From: Thermoplasmata archaeon
GTDB taxonomy: Archaea; Thermoplasmatota; Thermoplasmata; Halarchaeoplasmatales; Halarchaeoplasmataceae
Direction of reading: 5' to 3'
Assembly (NCBI GenBank): GCA_003553085.1
Contig: PUPH01000155.1
Span: 1 to 56,563 of the forward strand
DNA length: 56,563 nt
Shown: one piece after another, positions 9,016 to 19,000 of the stretch
Position numbering within the stretch: the first letter of the stretch is position 1
Layout of the letters: each line of letters begins with the position of its first letter
The notes under the pieces: generated by a model
The model's database searches: none
Told to the model about the DNA's origin: nothing
Seen by the model: the letters and a program-made list of their open reading frames with translations, nothing else
Position numbers and translations under genes: made by a program

Positions 9016-10266
9016 ATGAGATGTCCACGGTGTGGAAGTCTGGTAGATGGGGATGACTGTCCCTACTGCGGATACGGGCTGATATCTCGGTCCGATGGAT
9101 CGGATGAAGGTGTATCTGATCTTGGAAAGACCATCAGGTCTACATTGATGTGGTTCATGCTAGCTACGTTTATAATATACCTGATATTCACCGTTGCTCT
9201 GTTGTTGTCTTCTGCACCCTACGGTTTTTCTCATACTGAAACCGAAAGTGAGGTTTTTTTTATCGTGGTCCTATTCCCCATAGGGCTGATAGAGTTGAGT
9301 GGGCTCCCTCTTACCATCTACTTCGCTTTGTTGGTACTCGCCATCCTGATCTCGGTGGGATTTTTGTTCTATCGCAGTTTCGACCTATTTGTGGATGTAG
9401 TTGAAAATCTGAAAAGTAAAAAACGTGATGAAGGGGGGCTTCATGAAGATGTGATGGATCACCCTCTTACGAGGTTAGCTCTTTTGTTCAGCGTAATGGT
9501 GTTCGTGTCCTATCTCTATTTTATGGCACTCGAACTAGGGGGTGTGACACCAGAAGCACCTGCATTGGAAGAATATTCTTTCGGTCGTATCGTGTTCCTA
9601 CTGACACAAGCCAGTGTATGGGAGGAGATCGTCGTTAGATTCGCTTACTTCGGGATACCTATGATGATCTATGCATACTTTGAAAAAAGCAAGGGTGCGT
9701 GGAAGTATCTTTTCGGGGGTTTCGGTCTAGAGGAAAGACCTGTTGTACCCCTTATCTTGTTTACTTCCTTTATTTTTTCATCGGCCCACCTTGTAGGTTG
9801 GGATGTTTTCAAATTTCCCCAGGTGTTCGTAGGGGGTATAATATTCGGTTATCTTTTTGCTAAGGATGGACTGTACTCATGCATAATATTCCATTTTGCA
9901 TGGGATTATACCTCGGTTTTTACGAGGGTCTCACAAGAAGCTACGGTAACTTTGAGTATATTGATCCTAATATGGATGGGCATCGGAGTCTATTTTACAT
10001 ACTATTATTTAACAGAGATGGTAGGATGGTTCCGAAAACAGAAAAAGAAGGCAGATAAAAAGGAAGATATCCAAGAAGAAAAGGAGTTAAAATTTGGACA
10101 TGAAATCGGATTCCTTTGTTCTAATTGTAAGAGCTATAAAGCAGAATACGTAGAAGGAAGACTTAAATGTAAAACCTGTGGTAAAGAAACAGATCTTTCT
10201 TCGAATGAATCCTTTAGGAGGATAAAACCCATTGAAGCGAAACGTCAATGGCCGCCCATGGAATGA
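9016..10266 (+). CDS. CPBP-family intramembrane metalloprotease with N- and C-terminal zinc ribbons
   Basis: N-terminal CPRCG..CPYCG and C-terminal CSNCK..CKTCG zinc ribbons. Multiple TM helices. CPBP motifs WEEIVVRF (EExxxR), FSSAHL (FxxxH) and HFAWD (HxxxD). Confidence 0.75.
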   Translation: MRCPRCGSLVDGDDCPYCGYGLISRSDGSDEGVSDLGKTIRSTLMWFMLATFIIYLIFTVALLLSSAPYGFSHTETESEVFFIVVLFPIGLIELSGLPLTIYFALLVLAILISVGFLFYRSFDLFVDVVENLKSKKRDEGGLHEDVMDHPLTRLALLFSVMVFVSYLYFMALELGGVTPEAPALEEYSFGRIVFLLTQASVWEEIVVRFAYFGIPMMIYAYFEKSKGAWKYLFGGFGLEERPVVPLILFTSFIFSSAHLVGWDVFKFPQVFVGGIIFGYLFAKDGLYSCIIFHFAWDYTSVFTRVSQEATVTLSILILIWMGIGVYFTYYYLTEMVGWFRKQKKKADKKEDIQEEKELKFGHEIGFLCSNCKSYKAEYVEGRLKCKTCGKETDLSSNESFRRIKPIEAKRQWPPME

Positions 10267-10269
10267 GCC

Positions 10270-11121
10270 TTAGCCCACTTTTTTAACCTTTAGGATCAGA
10301 TCCTCAGAAGAGACTTCTTCAGTTCTAGGCCCTCTTCTCTGGGTGGCTGGGGTCTGATATCGAACTCTGACTTTTATATTGTGTGATCCGTCGAAAACAG
10401 GTTCCAATTTTACAGCAGATGTTCTTTGCTCATCGACCTGAAGGCTTGGTAGTAATAGCTGTTTTTTATCGGCGAACACGGTGGGAGGGGTGAAAATTTG
10501 GAAGTCGATGTTCTTAGCAACCGCCGTACCCTCATTTGATACGGTCACATACAGATGGACCGCCTCGGTCAACTCGATCTCAGATCCATCCAATGCGATG
10601 GACAAATCCAGTACTGGTATCCCGTCTATCCTAAAATTTACAGGGGATGTTTTCACTGACGATTCATCATCGTCCGATTTTTTATAGGTGACCTCAAAGG
10701 ACGGAATTGAATGGTTGCCGGTTTTTTTCGGGACAAAGTAATATTCCCTTTCAACTGTGCTCTTCGCCTCCAATTTTATATCTTCTTCTTTGATCTCCTT
10801 ACCACCGAGTGTTTCAGGCAATTCAAGATCATACTTGGCTATCGTTTTCGTGTTACCAACATTTCTCATGGCAATATTCAGAACCATCTCCCTTCCGGCT
10901 ATAAAATCCCCGGATAAGGTGGCTTTAGCCTGTACCTTCGGTTCCTTTGAAACAAAAGCACCGCATCTAAAACAGGTATCTTTCCCTGGGAAGACCGGTG
11001 CTCTACAGGTAGAACACCTTTCTATGAATTTATGACAATTTCGACACTGTGCCTCAGTGTCCCAAACGTTGCTTCCACAGTGGGGGCATGGTGAGTATTG
11101 TTGTTGATTCATCTTTGTCAC
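10270..11121 (-). CDS. double zinc-ribbon protein with two CARDB/Ig-like beta-sandwich modules
   Basis: N-terminus CPHCG..CRNCH..CSTCR..CFRCG. It is followed by two repeats of the type VLNIAMRNVGNT / LYVTVSNEGTAVAKN. No signal peptide or TM segment was seen. Confidence 0.6.
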   Translation of the reverse strand: MTKMNQQQYSPCPHCGSNVWDTEAQCRNCHKFIERCSTCRAPVFPGKDTCFRCGAFVSKEPKVQAKATLSGDFIAGREMVLNIAMRNVGNTKTIAKYDLELPETLGGKEIKEEDIKLEAKSTVEREYYFVPKKTGNHSIPSFEVTYKKSDDDESSVKTSPVNFRIDGIPVLDLSIALDGSEIELTEAVHLYVTVSNEGTAVAKNIDFQIFTPPTVFADKKQLLLPSLQVDEQRTSAVKLEPVFDGSHNIKVRVRYQTPATQRRGPRTEEVSSEDLILKVKKVG

Positions 11122-11201
11122 CTATATCTACCGTATATCCTTTAGGAGGTACTTGGATTTATCCCCTATCATTCAACCATGACTACAGGGGAAAAAGATA
11201 A

Positions 11202-11864
11202 ATGCCTGTGGTTGTTGTTTCCCATGATCATATGGCGGACAGACTCGAGGACGTTAAACCCACCAGGATGGATCTACTCAGGATACGCAAAAGAAAGGTC
11301 CTGGCGGAGAACGGACACGAGCTTCTTAGCGAGAAGAAAGATGCACTGATAAACGAGTTCTTTCAGGTGGTCGACAAAAGGAGATCTCTTCGTAAAGAGG
11401 TGAATACGCTGTTGAAGGACAGCTATAGATCGTTGATAGAAGCTCAGATGGTCATGGGTAAAGAGGAGATAAAAAGCATCTCCGATGGTGCCGTCCAGAT
11501 GGAAGGTATAAAGACAGACAAGGGAGCGGTCATGGGAGTAACAGTACCATCATTTAAGATCGATATACCAGAAGACAAATTCTATGGTTATGCTGAAACC
11601 TCGGTGAAACTTGATGAAGCCGTCGAAAACTTCCGTAGATCCTTGGAAAAGGCTTTGGAGCTAGCCGAAGTGGAAGGTAAACTCAGCCGGCTGGCAGATG
11701 AGATCGAAAAAGCTAAACGTCGTGTCAACGCTCTAGAATACATATACATACCCAAGCTGGAAGCCACCATCACATACATCGAGCGGCAGATCGAAGAAAG
11801 AGAGAGGGAAGACTTCTTCAGGCGTAAGAAGATCAAGGCCATAATGGAAAGAAGGGAAGGATGA
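11202..11864 (+). CDS. atpD: A-type (V-type) ATP synthase subunit D
   Basis: KPTRMDLLRIRKRKVLAENGHELLSEKKDALINEF and the C-terminal RRVNALEYIYIPKLE are typical of AtpD/NtpD. An alternative start ATG lies at 11232. Confidence 0.9.
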   Translation: MPVVVVSHDHMADRLEDVKPTRMDLLRIRKRKVLAENGHELLSEKKDALINEFFQVVDKRRSLRKEVNTLLKDSYRSLIEAQMVMGKEEIKSISDGAVQMEGIKTDKGAVMGVTVPSFKIDIPEDKFYGYAETSVKLDEAVENFRRSLEKALELAEVEGKLSRLADEIEKAKRRVNALEYIYIPKLEATITYIERQIEEREREDFFRRKKIKAIMERREG

Positions 11865-11867
11865 ATC

Positions 11868-12029
11868 TTGAAAGAACTGTTGAAACGGTACTTCGATACA
11901 CCGGATAAGAAGGCTAAACTGTACTTGATAATTACTCTCGCACAGATCTGGGCGATAATAGCCATGGTCATAGGATTCATCGTTTTTTTGTACTACCTAT
12001 TAAAAGGATTGAACGTACTGGTGATCTGA
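11868..12029 (+). CDS. possible 53-aa single-TM small protein (TTG start)
   Basis: Not in the ORF track because it is under 60 aa. It reads LKELLKRYFDTPDKKAKLYLIITLAQIWAIIAMVIGFIVFLYYLLKGLNVLVI. It starts 4 nt after the atpD stop, and its TGA shares one base with the hutI ATG (TGATG at 12027..12031). Confidence 0.3.
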   Translation: MKELLKRYFDTPDKKAKLYLIITLAQIWAIIAMVIGFIVFLYYLLKGLNVLVI

Positions 12030-13261
12030 TGAAAGCTGATATGTTGGTAATAAATTGTAACGAACTGCACACGCTGAATGGAAATAAGGTTCCACGGGTG
12101 GGCCAAGAGATGATGGAGACCGGCTGCATAGAGGATGGAGCTTTGGTGGTGAAAGATGGGATCGTCATCGATTTCGGCAAAACCGAGGATATGGAAAAAG
12201 ATTACAACGCCTTGAAGGTGATAGATGCTTCGGGAAAAACCGTCATCCCGGGGTTCGTGGATCCTCATACGCACCTTGCATTTTCTGGATCAAGGGAGGA
12301 CGAGCTGGTGATGAAGATCCAGGGTAAAACATATATGGAGATACTCAACGCAGGAGGTGGGATCCTGCGTACGGTTAAACTCACTCGTGAAGCCTCTAAA
12401 GAACAGTTGAAAAAAGAGATGAAAAAAAGGATGGACGTGATGCTTTCTCATGGTACTACCACGGCGGAGGCCAAGAGTGGGTACGGCCTAGATATTAAAA
12501 CAGAGGTGAAGTGTCTAGAGGCTATAAAAGAGATGGACGAGGAACACCCTATGGACCTAGTACCAACTTATCTAGGTGCACACTCCAAGCCGCCGGAATT
12601 CAAAGATACCGGTGAATACATAGATCACTGCTGTGACGAAGTTCTTCCACGGATAGCCGATAGATCACTAGCAGACTTCTGTGACGTTTTCTGTGAGGAG
12701 GGGGTATTCGATGCTGAAGATAGTAGAAGACTGTTGATCAGAGCGGCTGAATTGGGTTTGGGCATAAAGGTTCATGCTGATGAGATAAAAAATATCGGAT
12801 GCAGTACGATGGCTGCTGAACTCGGGGCGGTTTCATGTGAACATCTGGTGAAGAGCAGTGATGTTGATATCGAAGTTATGGCGAAGAAAGGGGTCATCGG
12901 TATCCTATTACCGGGAACCCCTTTCATGCTGATGGAAGACGAGTATTCACCTGCAAGGAAGATGATAGATGAAGAGATGCCTGTAGCACTCGCTACAGAC
13001 CTCAACCCCAACTGTTATACGGAGTCCATGCAGATGATCAATACCCTTGCTTGCCTCCAGATGAAGATGCATCCATTGGAAGCCTTGACCGCATCGACAG
13101 TGAACGCCGCAGCAGCGATAAGGAGAGATGTGGGCACTTTGGATAAAGGTAAAAAGGCTGATTTTCTGATCCTGGATATACCAAACATCATGCATCTTCC
13201 ATACCATTTCGGAGTCAACCTTGTGGATGAAGTTTACAAAGGTGGAGAGAGGGTCTGCTGA
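12029..13261 (+). CDS. hutI: imidazolonepropionase-type amidohydrolase
   Basis: 410-aa ORF with motifs VIPGFVDPHTHLAFSG, GGGILRTV, IKVHADE and ATDLNP, typical of HutI. Confidence 0.85.
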   Translation: MKADMLVINCNELHTLNGNKVPRVGQEMMETGCIEDGALVVKDGIVIDFGKTEDMEKDYNALKVIDASGKTVIPGFVDPHTHLAFSGSREDELVMKIQGKTYMEILNAGGGILRTVKLTREASKEQLKKEMKKRMDVMLSHGTTTAEAKSGYGLDIKTEVKCLEAIKEMDEEHPMDLVPTYLGAHSKPPEFKDTGEYIDHCCDEVLPRIADRSLADFCDVFCEEGVFDAEDSRRLLIRAAELGLGIKVHADEIKNIGCSTMAAELGAVSCEHLVKSSDVDIEVMAKKGVIGILLPGTPFMLMEDEYSPARKMIDEEMPVALATDLNPNCYTESMQMINTLACLQMKMHPLEALTASTVNAAAAIRRDVGTLDKGKKADFLILDIPNIMHLPYHFGVNLVDEVYKGGERVC

Positions 13262-13300
13262 GGAAAACTTTATTATCAATGGTATTATTACATATAAATT

Positions 13301-14023
13301 ATGAGATACAAAATCATAGGCAACAACCTACAGGTTGCTGCGTTGGAGATCAGTGGAAATGAGGTCGTATATGGGGAAGCTGGGGCCATGGTTTACATGA
13401 CAGGTAATATCAATATGACTACGAGGGCTAGAGGTGGATTCATGAAGGGGTTAAAAAGGAAGATGATGGGTGAATCTTTTTTCCTGACCGAATTTACCAC
13501 CGCCGGAGGTAATGGTGTTGTCGCCTTTGGAGGTAACTGTCCTGGAACCATCCGGCCATTGGTTATTACACCGGAAAAATCATATAACGTCATCAGGGAC
13601 GGGTTCTTGTGTGCGGAAAATACCGTAGAATTCGATATGGCCACTCAAAGAAAATTGGGGACGGGCATTTTCGGAGGAGAGGGGTTCATCCTACAGAAGA
13701 TGACAGGTAATGGAACCGTTTTCATCCATGCTCCCGGTGACTTCATAGAGAAAAAACTGGCCCCCGGTCAATCTTTGAAAGTATCGACGGGGCATGCCGT
13801 GGCTTGGGAGGATACGGTGTCTTTTGACATACAACGTTCGGGGAATGTGAAAAGTGCCATGTTTTCAGGTGAGGGGATCTTTGTAACCACATTGACCGGT
13901 CCAGGAACGGTGATCCTACAGAGTATGACTCTGGGACAACTAGCAAGGAGTCTAACACCCTATCTACCAAGGTCGCAGCAGAGCTCAGGAAGTAGCGGAG
14001 TTAATATCAAACTCGGGCGGTAG
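13301..14023 (+). CDS. AIM24 / TIGR00266 (DUF124) family protein
   Basis: The N-terminus MRYKIIGNNLQVAALEISGNEVVYGEAGAMVYM and the overall beta-rich repeats are characteristic of the family. A TATA-like CTTTATTATC lies at 13268..13277. Confidence 0.8.
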   Translation: MRYKIIGNNLQVAALEISGNEVVYGEAGAMVYMTGNINMTTRARGGFMKGLKRKMMGESFFLTEFTTAGGNGVVAFGGNCPGTIRPLVITPEKSYNVIRDGFLCAENTVEFDMATQRKLGTGIFGGEGFILQKMTGNGTVFIHAPGDFIEKKLAPGQSLKVSTGHAVAWEDTVSFDIQRSGNVKSAMFSGEGIFVTTLTGPGTVILQSMTLGQLARSLTPYLPRSQQSSGSSGVNIKLGR

Positions 14024-14025
14024 AA

Positions 14026-14271
14026 TTGAGACGTCTGGAAACGATAATGTTGACCATATTCGTACTAGGACTAGTTGCAGTGTTGATACTGAACTATCCC
14101 GACCTGATATCAACGGTGTTGGATAATTTCTATATACTGATGATAATTATTATAATGGGAGTCATCATAATTCCCATATTACTTATCATCTTCGGCATGG
14201 GGTATTACAGCGTCACGAAGAAAACGAAGGTCGAAGAGAACACGAGCTATGACCTAGACGATTTCGAGTAA
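14026..14271 (+). CDS. small membrane protein (2 TM)
   Basis: 81-aa ORF with a TTG start; an alternative ATG lies at 14047. It has two hydrophobic helices and an acidic tail, and begins 2 nt after the AIM24 stop. Confidence 0.5.
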   Translation: MRRLETIMLTIFVLGLVAVLILNYPDLISTVLDNFYILMIIIIMGVIIIPILLIIFGMGYYSVTKKTKVEENTSYDLDDFE

Positions 14272-14294
14272 CTATTTAATACCACTACCCTTAA

Positions 14295-15233
14295 TTGACG
14301 ATAGAAATTGTCATGAACGATAAAAAGGGGTTTTGGAAAAAGATCGAGGAGCTCAGAGATAAACCGTATGCTGTACCGGTCTATGCTCTGACCGTAGTCG
14401 GAGTGTCGCTCCCACTCATATTCAGCCACATGGATATCTGTTTGATGAACATCATAGTGGCCATCGTCGCTATAGTGGTGCCTTACCATCTATACAAAGA
14501 TAAAGACGTGAAAAAAGTCGTTTATGCAGGCGTGATCGCACTCTTGTTGATAGCCATCATCGGCACGTTGTACCACGTTCACATCTTTTACTCCCAGGAA
14601 CCGGTCGAATTGGAATCGGAAAATCTAAGTGAGGGTCTCCTAGAACCGATGTACGGAGACAGTGAAACATCCTTCGATGCGTCTGTACGAGTCAGAGACC
14701 TGAACATAAACCAGGTCCTAGTTAATTTTACTTTTCAGGGGATAGAAGACCCTATGCTTATGGACGAAATCAGTTATGAGCTTGAAGGACAAGACGGTGT
14801 CTACAGTAACAACAGTATAGTGCTTGGAGAGGAAAGGGTCTATAACCATCACTTTTCACTCAACTATACGGAGGGTAACGTGACCGTGTGGGAGGAGACT
14901 GACAGTGCCTTCGGACCACTGACGATATCCAGAGGGAACCTTGCTTTTTCCATAATGCTGCTTAGAACGGTGGCACCGTTCATCACGTTCTTCCTGGTAG
15001 TTGGTCTGATATGGTGGATGAACAGGATGAAGACCAGCAGATCCGTTGGTAAAGATGAATTTGAGAAAAAAGAAGCCGACCTTGATGATTACTGTGAGAA
15101 ATGTGGAAATTTCCTCGATGAAGATGGTGAATGTCCAGACTGCGGCGGTAAGGTAAGAACATGTTCTGAATGCGGTGTCGATGTTCCAGAAGATGCCGAT
15201 ATCTGTCAAAATTGTGATTCAAGTGTCGAATGA
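14295..15233 (+). CDS. membrane protein with C-terminal double zinc ribbon
   Basis: Three N-terminal TM helices, a beta-rich middle part and one further TM helix. These are followed by CEKCG..CPDCG..CSECG..CQNCD. ATG 14313 is the likely start; the track uses TTG 14295. Confidence 0.6.
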   Translation: MTIEIVMNDKKGFWKKIEELRDKPYAVPVYALTVVGVSLPLIFSHMDICLMNIIVAIVAIVVPYHLYKDKDVKKVVYAGVIALLLIAIIGTLYHVHIFYSQEPVELESENLSEGLLEPMYGDSETSFDASVRVRDLNINQVLVNFTFQGIEDPMLMDEISYELEGQDGVYSNNSIVLGEERVYNHHFSLNYTEGNVTVWEETDSAFGPLTISRGNLAFSIMLLRTVAPFITFFLVVGLIWWMNRMKTSRSVGKDEFEKKEADLDDYCEKCGNFLDEDGECPDCGGKVRTCSECGVDVPEDADICQNCDSSVE

Positions 15234-15630
15234 AGAGCTTTTTGTAAGCAGACTAAACAGGTTCAAGGTATATCTACTGGCATTGATACTGTACACAGCG
15301 TTCATTTCTTATATGTCACTAACGCCAAGACCGCCTGGTACCGATGTAGGTCGGGAAACCGTACCTTATTTTACCTACCTATCACATCTACTCATGTATC
15401 TTTTCCTTTCTATCGGAATATATCTAACCTCAAAAGAAAAGATCGGTCACATGAGTTCACTTCCGATGTTCAGTGCCGTAGGATCTTTCATCTATGGTTT
15501 CATGATCGAAGTCTTCCAATTTTTCATCCCTGGAAGATCTTTTTCGACCTTGGATCTATTTTTTAATGGACTGGGGTGTTTATTATTTCTGATTCTACTG
15601 AACATTTTTGGTAAAAAATTGAATATTTAG
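15175..15630 (+). CDS. VanZ-like family membrane protein
   Basis: HLLMYLFLS, GFMIEVFQFFIPGRSFSTLDLFFNGLGCLLF (VanZ E..Q..PGR..D...N.G pattern). The start is uncertain; GTG codons at about 15210-15219 would reduce the overlap with the upstream gene. Confidence 0.65.
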   Translation: MSMFQKMPISVKIVIQVSNEELFVSRLNRFKVYLLALILYTAFISYMSLTPRPPGTDVGRETVPYFTYLSHLLMYLFLSIGIYLTSKEKIGHMSSLPMFSAVGSFIYGFMIEVFQFFIPGRSFSTLDLFFNGLGCLLFLILLNIFGKKLNI

Positions 15631-15866
15631 GCATATACCTTCTTCAGACATATGTGAAAACAGTTTCCTCCGATATCCGAGTGTTCAACTCTGAGCTTAG
15701 CACGGTTTTGATCCGCGATCTGATTTATCATGTAGTATCTTGCACCTCCTAAACTGGAAGTGGATCCATCATACATCTCTCCGGTCAGTACCCTCTTTAT
15801 CGGTTTAGACCACATCCAACGTAGTTTTTTATGATTATCCAAGCTTCCCTTCGTTTTCTTCCACAT
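15627..15866 (-). CDS. hypothetical protein
   Basis: 79-aa ORF with no recognisable motif. It lies 20 nt downstream of the receiver-domain remnant and may itself be residue of a decayed gene. Confidence 0.3.
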   Translation of the reverse strand: MWKKTKGSLDNHKKLRWMWSKPIKRVLTGEMYDGSTSSLGGARYYMINQIADQNRAKLRVEHSDIGGNCFHICLKKVYA

Positions 15867-15886
15867 ATATCTATATACTATTACGA

Positions 15887-16003
15887 TTATAGATGATCGG
15901 CTTGATGAGGATCAAAACTATCGTCATCTCTTTTCAAAAAATTAGTCGCTTGTTCTAGTAGCTGAGGCTCATCGTCCACGAACAATATCTTGATCTCATT
16001 CAT
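15887..16003 (-). pseudogene. truncated response-regulator receiver domain remnant (38 codons)
   Basis: Minus strand reads MNEIKILFVDDEPQLLEQATNFLKRDDDSFDPHQADHL then stop. It matches the N-terminus of the adjacent kinase (MEGINILFVDDEPGLLDQSKVFLEREDDDF). The two share the 16-nt DNA string TCATCGTCCACGAACA. Confidence 0.55.
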
Positions 16004-16059
16004 CTCGACCAATCCGGTAAGGAAAAACATCTATAATGATATAACTAGTTTGAGGTAGT

Positions 16060-19000
16060 TTACTTATTTCTTGAACCATCATCTCTCATCAATCTTACAT
16101 CGAACCGAGCCCCACCCATCTCGGAATCTCTTATCTCTATACTACCCCCATATTTCTCGATCACCTTTTCAGCTAAAAACAACCCTAGACCGCTGCCTTT
16201 ACCACTATCCGTGGTGTAACCCTTGTTAAATATCCTCCCTTTCTTGCTGTCGGGTATCCCCTTGCCGTCGTCCTCTATCCGACAAACCATCCCGTCATCT
16301 ACCTTTTCGACGGATATCTGGATCCGGTTACACCCCGAATGCTGGATCGAGTTGTTTATTATGTTCGTCAACACTTCATGAAGAAGAGGTCCTCCTATCA
16401 CATATATATCGTCATCGACATATCTCAATCTTAGATCGATCCCCTCTCGATCCACATGGTCAGTTATAGAATCAACGACCGTCGCTACGATGGGAGTTAT
16501 CTTAACCGGTCTGATCTCTTCGATCTGGGCTCTCCTGAGCATGCCTACCTTATCGATCAGTTCGATACTGCCCTCCACACCTTTTTCAGCATTCTGAACA
16601 AAATATTCCATCTCTTCAGATAGTTCGGAAGTTTCTTCGAGCAGCTGCAGGTATCCCTGTATCACCTGTATCTTATTCTTCACATCGTGTCTGAGTAAAG
16701 TATGTAGGAATTCCTCTCGCTTCTCCGCCTCTTTCTTGTCGCTTATGTCTTCTGCCAAACATATGAACCTATCTTCTGTAATTCTTGTGGCAGAGATGCT
16801 CCAATACCCGGAGGATGCATCCTTTCTGATGAAGGGCAGTTCAACATGGATCTCTCCCTTCTCCACTAACCGAGATAAATATTTTAATACTTTATCATAG
16901 GCATCCAGTTCTACCATATCTACCATGTTCATCGATAGAAGTTCTTCGTCCGAATAACCGGTTATCTTGACCGCCGCTTCGTTGACTTCCAAAAAACTAC
17001 CTTCACTATCCATCACCAAAACACCATGTGGTGCATTGTGTATGTAGCTGCCTAATCTTTCTTCACTCTTTTTTAGTTCTTCCCGAACCCTCAATCGAGT
17101 GATGGCTTCTGAGATCATGGCTATGAACAGCTCGGCTAGTTCAAGATCAGTCTCGCTGTAATAAGCTGGAGTATAAGATAGAGCTTGGAAAACACCATGC
17201 TCCTTGATGGGGATGCTCATGGCGGACCTGAAGCGTTCATCCGTGGGCTTCGCCCTTTCAACGCCCTTTAAATCTTTCATAAGATAAGATTCCTGGGATT
17301 GATAAGTCATGCCAGCTACGCCTTCATCATCCATCATACCATGCACGTCTACAAGGTCCTCTTCGGAACTTGCCCTGATCATCAAATAATCCTCTTCATG
17401 GATGATAACACTGCATACATCAAAACCAAGGATCTCCCGTGCCTCTTCAACTGTCAGCTCGTAGAGTTCTCTTAACGTGTTCACCTGCTCGATACGGGGG
17501 GCAGCAGCATACAATCTACGTATCTTATCTTCACCCTCACGAAGTTTTTTTTCGGAGAAGAACTTGTCTCTAGCAAAACTAAGATCTCCACAGACTTCTT
17601 TTAAAAGGTCCTCTTCCTCCTCGGTTATCTCTCTATCACTCGGTAAACAAATCATCATTAGCCCTTTGATATCGTCTCCTTTGATAAAAGGTACTAAAAC
17701 AGAACTATGATCCTCTTCATGCATACATAGATCACAATCTCCACACTGTTCGTAAACACTTTCTATCGTCAGTGATTCGTTTGAATCCATGACCTCTTTC
17801 ATGCATGAAGAGATTTCTTCATACACCGATGCTCGATCAAAAAGTTTGTTTTTATGACCGCCACTGTGAGCGACCGGCCGCAGGTTTCCACGATCATCCA
17901 TTACAAAAATGGATACATCTTGGTAACCCCTTGATTCCGATAAAGTATCACAGGTTTTTTGCATCACTTCATCCAGGTCAGATCCTTTAACTATTATCTG
18001 ATTTACATCACGGATGGCATCCCTCAGAGAACGCATCTCTTCAGCACGCTCTTCCGCCTTCTTTCTATCGGATATGTCCTTCACAAATGCAAATTCGAGT
18101 TCTCTACCGTGGTGGACGATATGATTACTTATGATCTCTACAGGGAATATTTCACCATCCTTACGTTGATTCACCGATTCTTTCTTGATAGAACCTTCCA
18201 TTTTAAGATCATCCCAGAACCCCTCTCTTTCGTCAGGAAAGAATTCGGGATCTATATCCCAAATATGCATCCGTTGAAGTTCGTTCTGAGTGTAACCGAG
18301 CATCTCCGTTACCGCTTCGTTGGTATAGACAAAACGTCCTTCGGGATCCACCCAGAAAACACCTATCGATGCATTATCGACTGAATGTTTGGTGAGTTCC
18401 AATTCCCTTTCTATCTTTCTTTTACCTAGTAGTACTGAGATCTGTTGAACCATAGTTTCTATTGTATGTTTATTTTCGATCTCACTTCCATCGATGGTAA
18501 TAATATAGATACCGCCGTACAATCGGTCGTCGTTTGAAATATCGATAAAAAACACTTTGTCGATATCCGATCCTCCCATTTGATCACATATCTTCTCATT
18601 GAATATCCCGCTGACCACCTGAGAGAAATTCCCCTCGATCTCGACTAGTTCGCTGTCGAGCGAATGCCTTCGCAGGACGATCTTGAGATCTTGTAATCCT
18701 TCCTCAACGCTGGACGTTGGTTCTCCGAATCCGGCTATGCCCTTTATCTTCACCGTGTGTGGACCGTCATCCGACAACGATACTATCACTGGATTTTTTC
18801 CGTTGATCTCGTATATTTTATCTGCTAGATATTGGCAGATTTCACCACGTTCGTCAAGTTTGCCTACAGTAAATATCGCCTCATTTATATGTTTTAATTC
18901 GTCTATGCCCCTTTCTTTCCTCTCTTCTTCCCTCCTCTTATCCGTGATATCCCGTGAGATCCCAAAAACATCCTGTATCTCCCCTCTCCTCCCTCTCAAT

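Noticed and set aside
11178-11348. 56-codon ORF (MTTGEKDKCLWLLFPMIIW...) overlapping the atpD start in another frame.
   Set aside because: It overlaps the strongly conserved atpD N-terminus out of frame and has no motif. It is most likely spurious.
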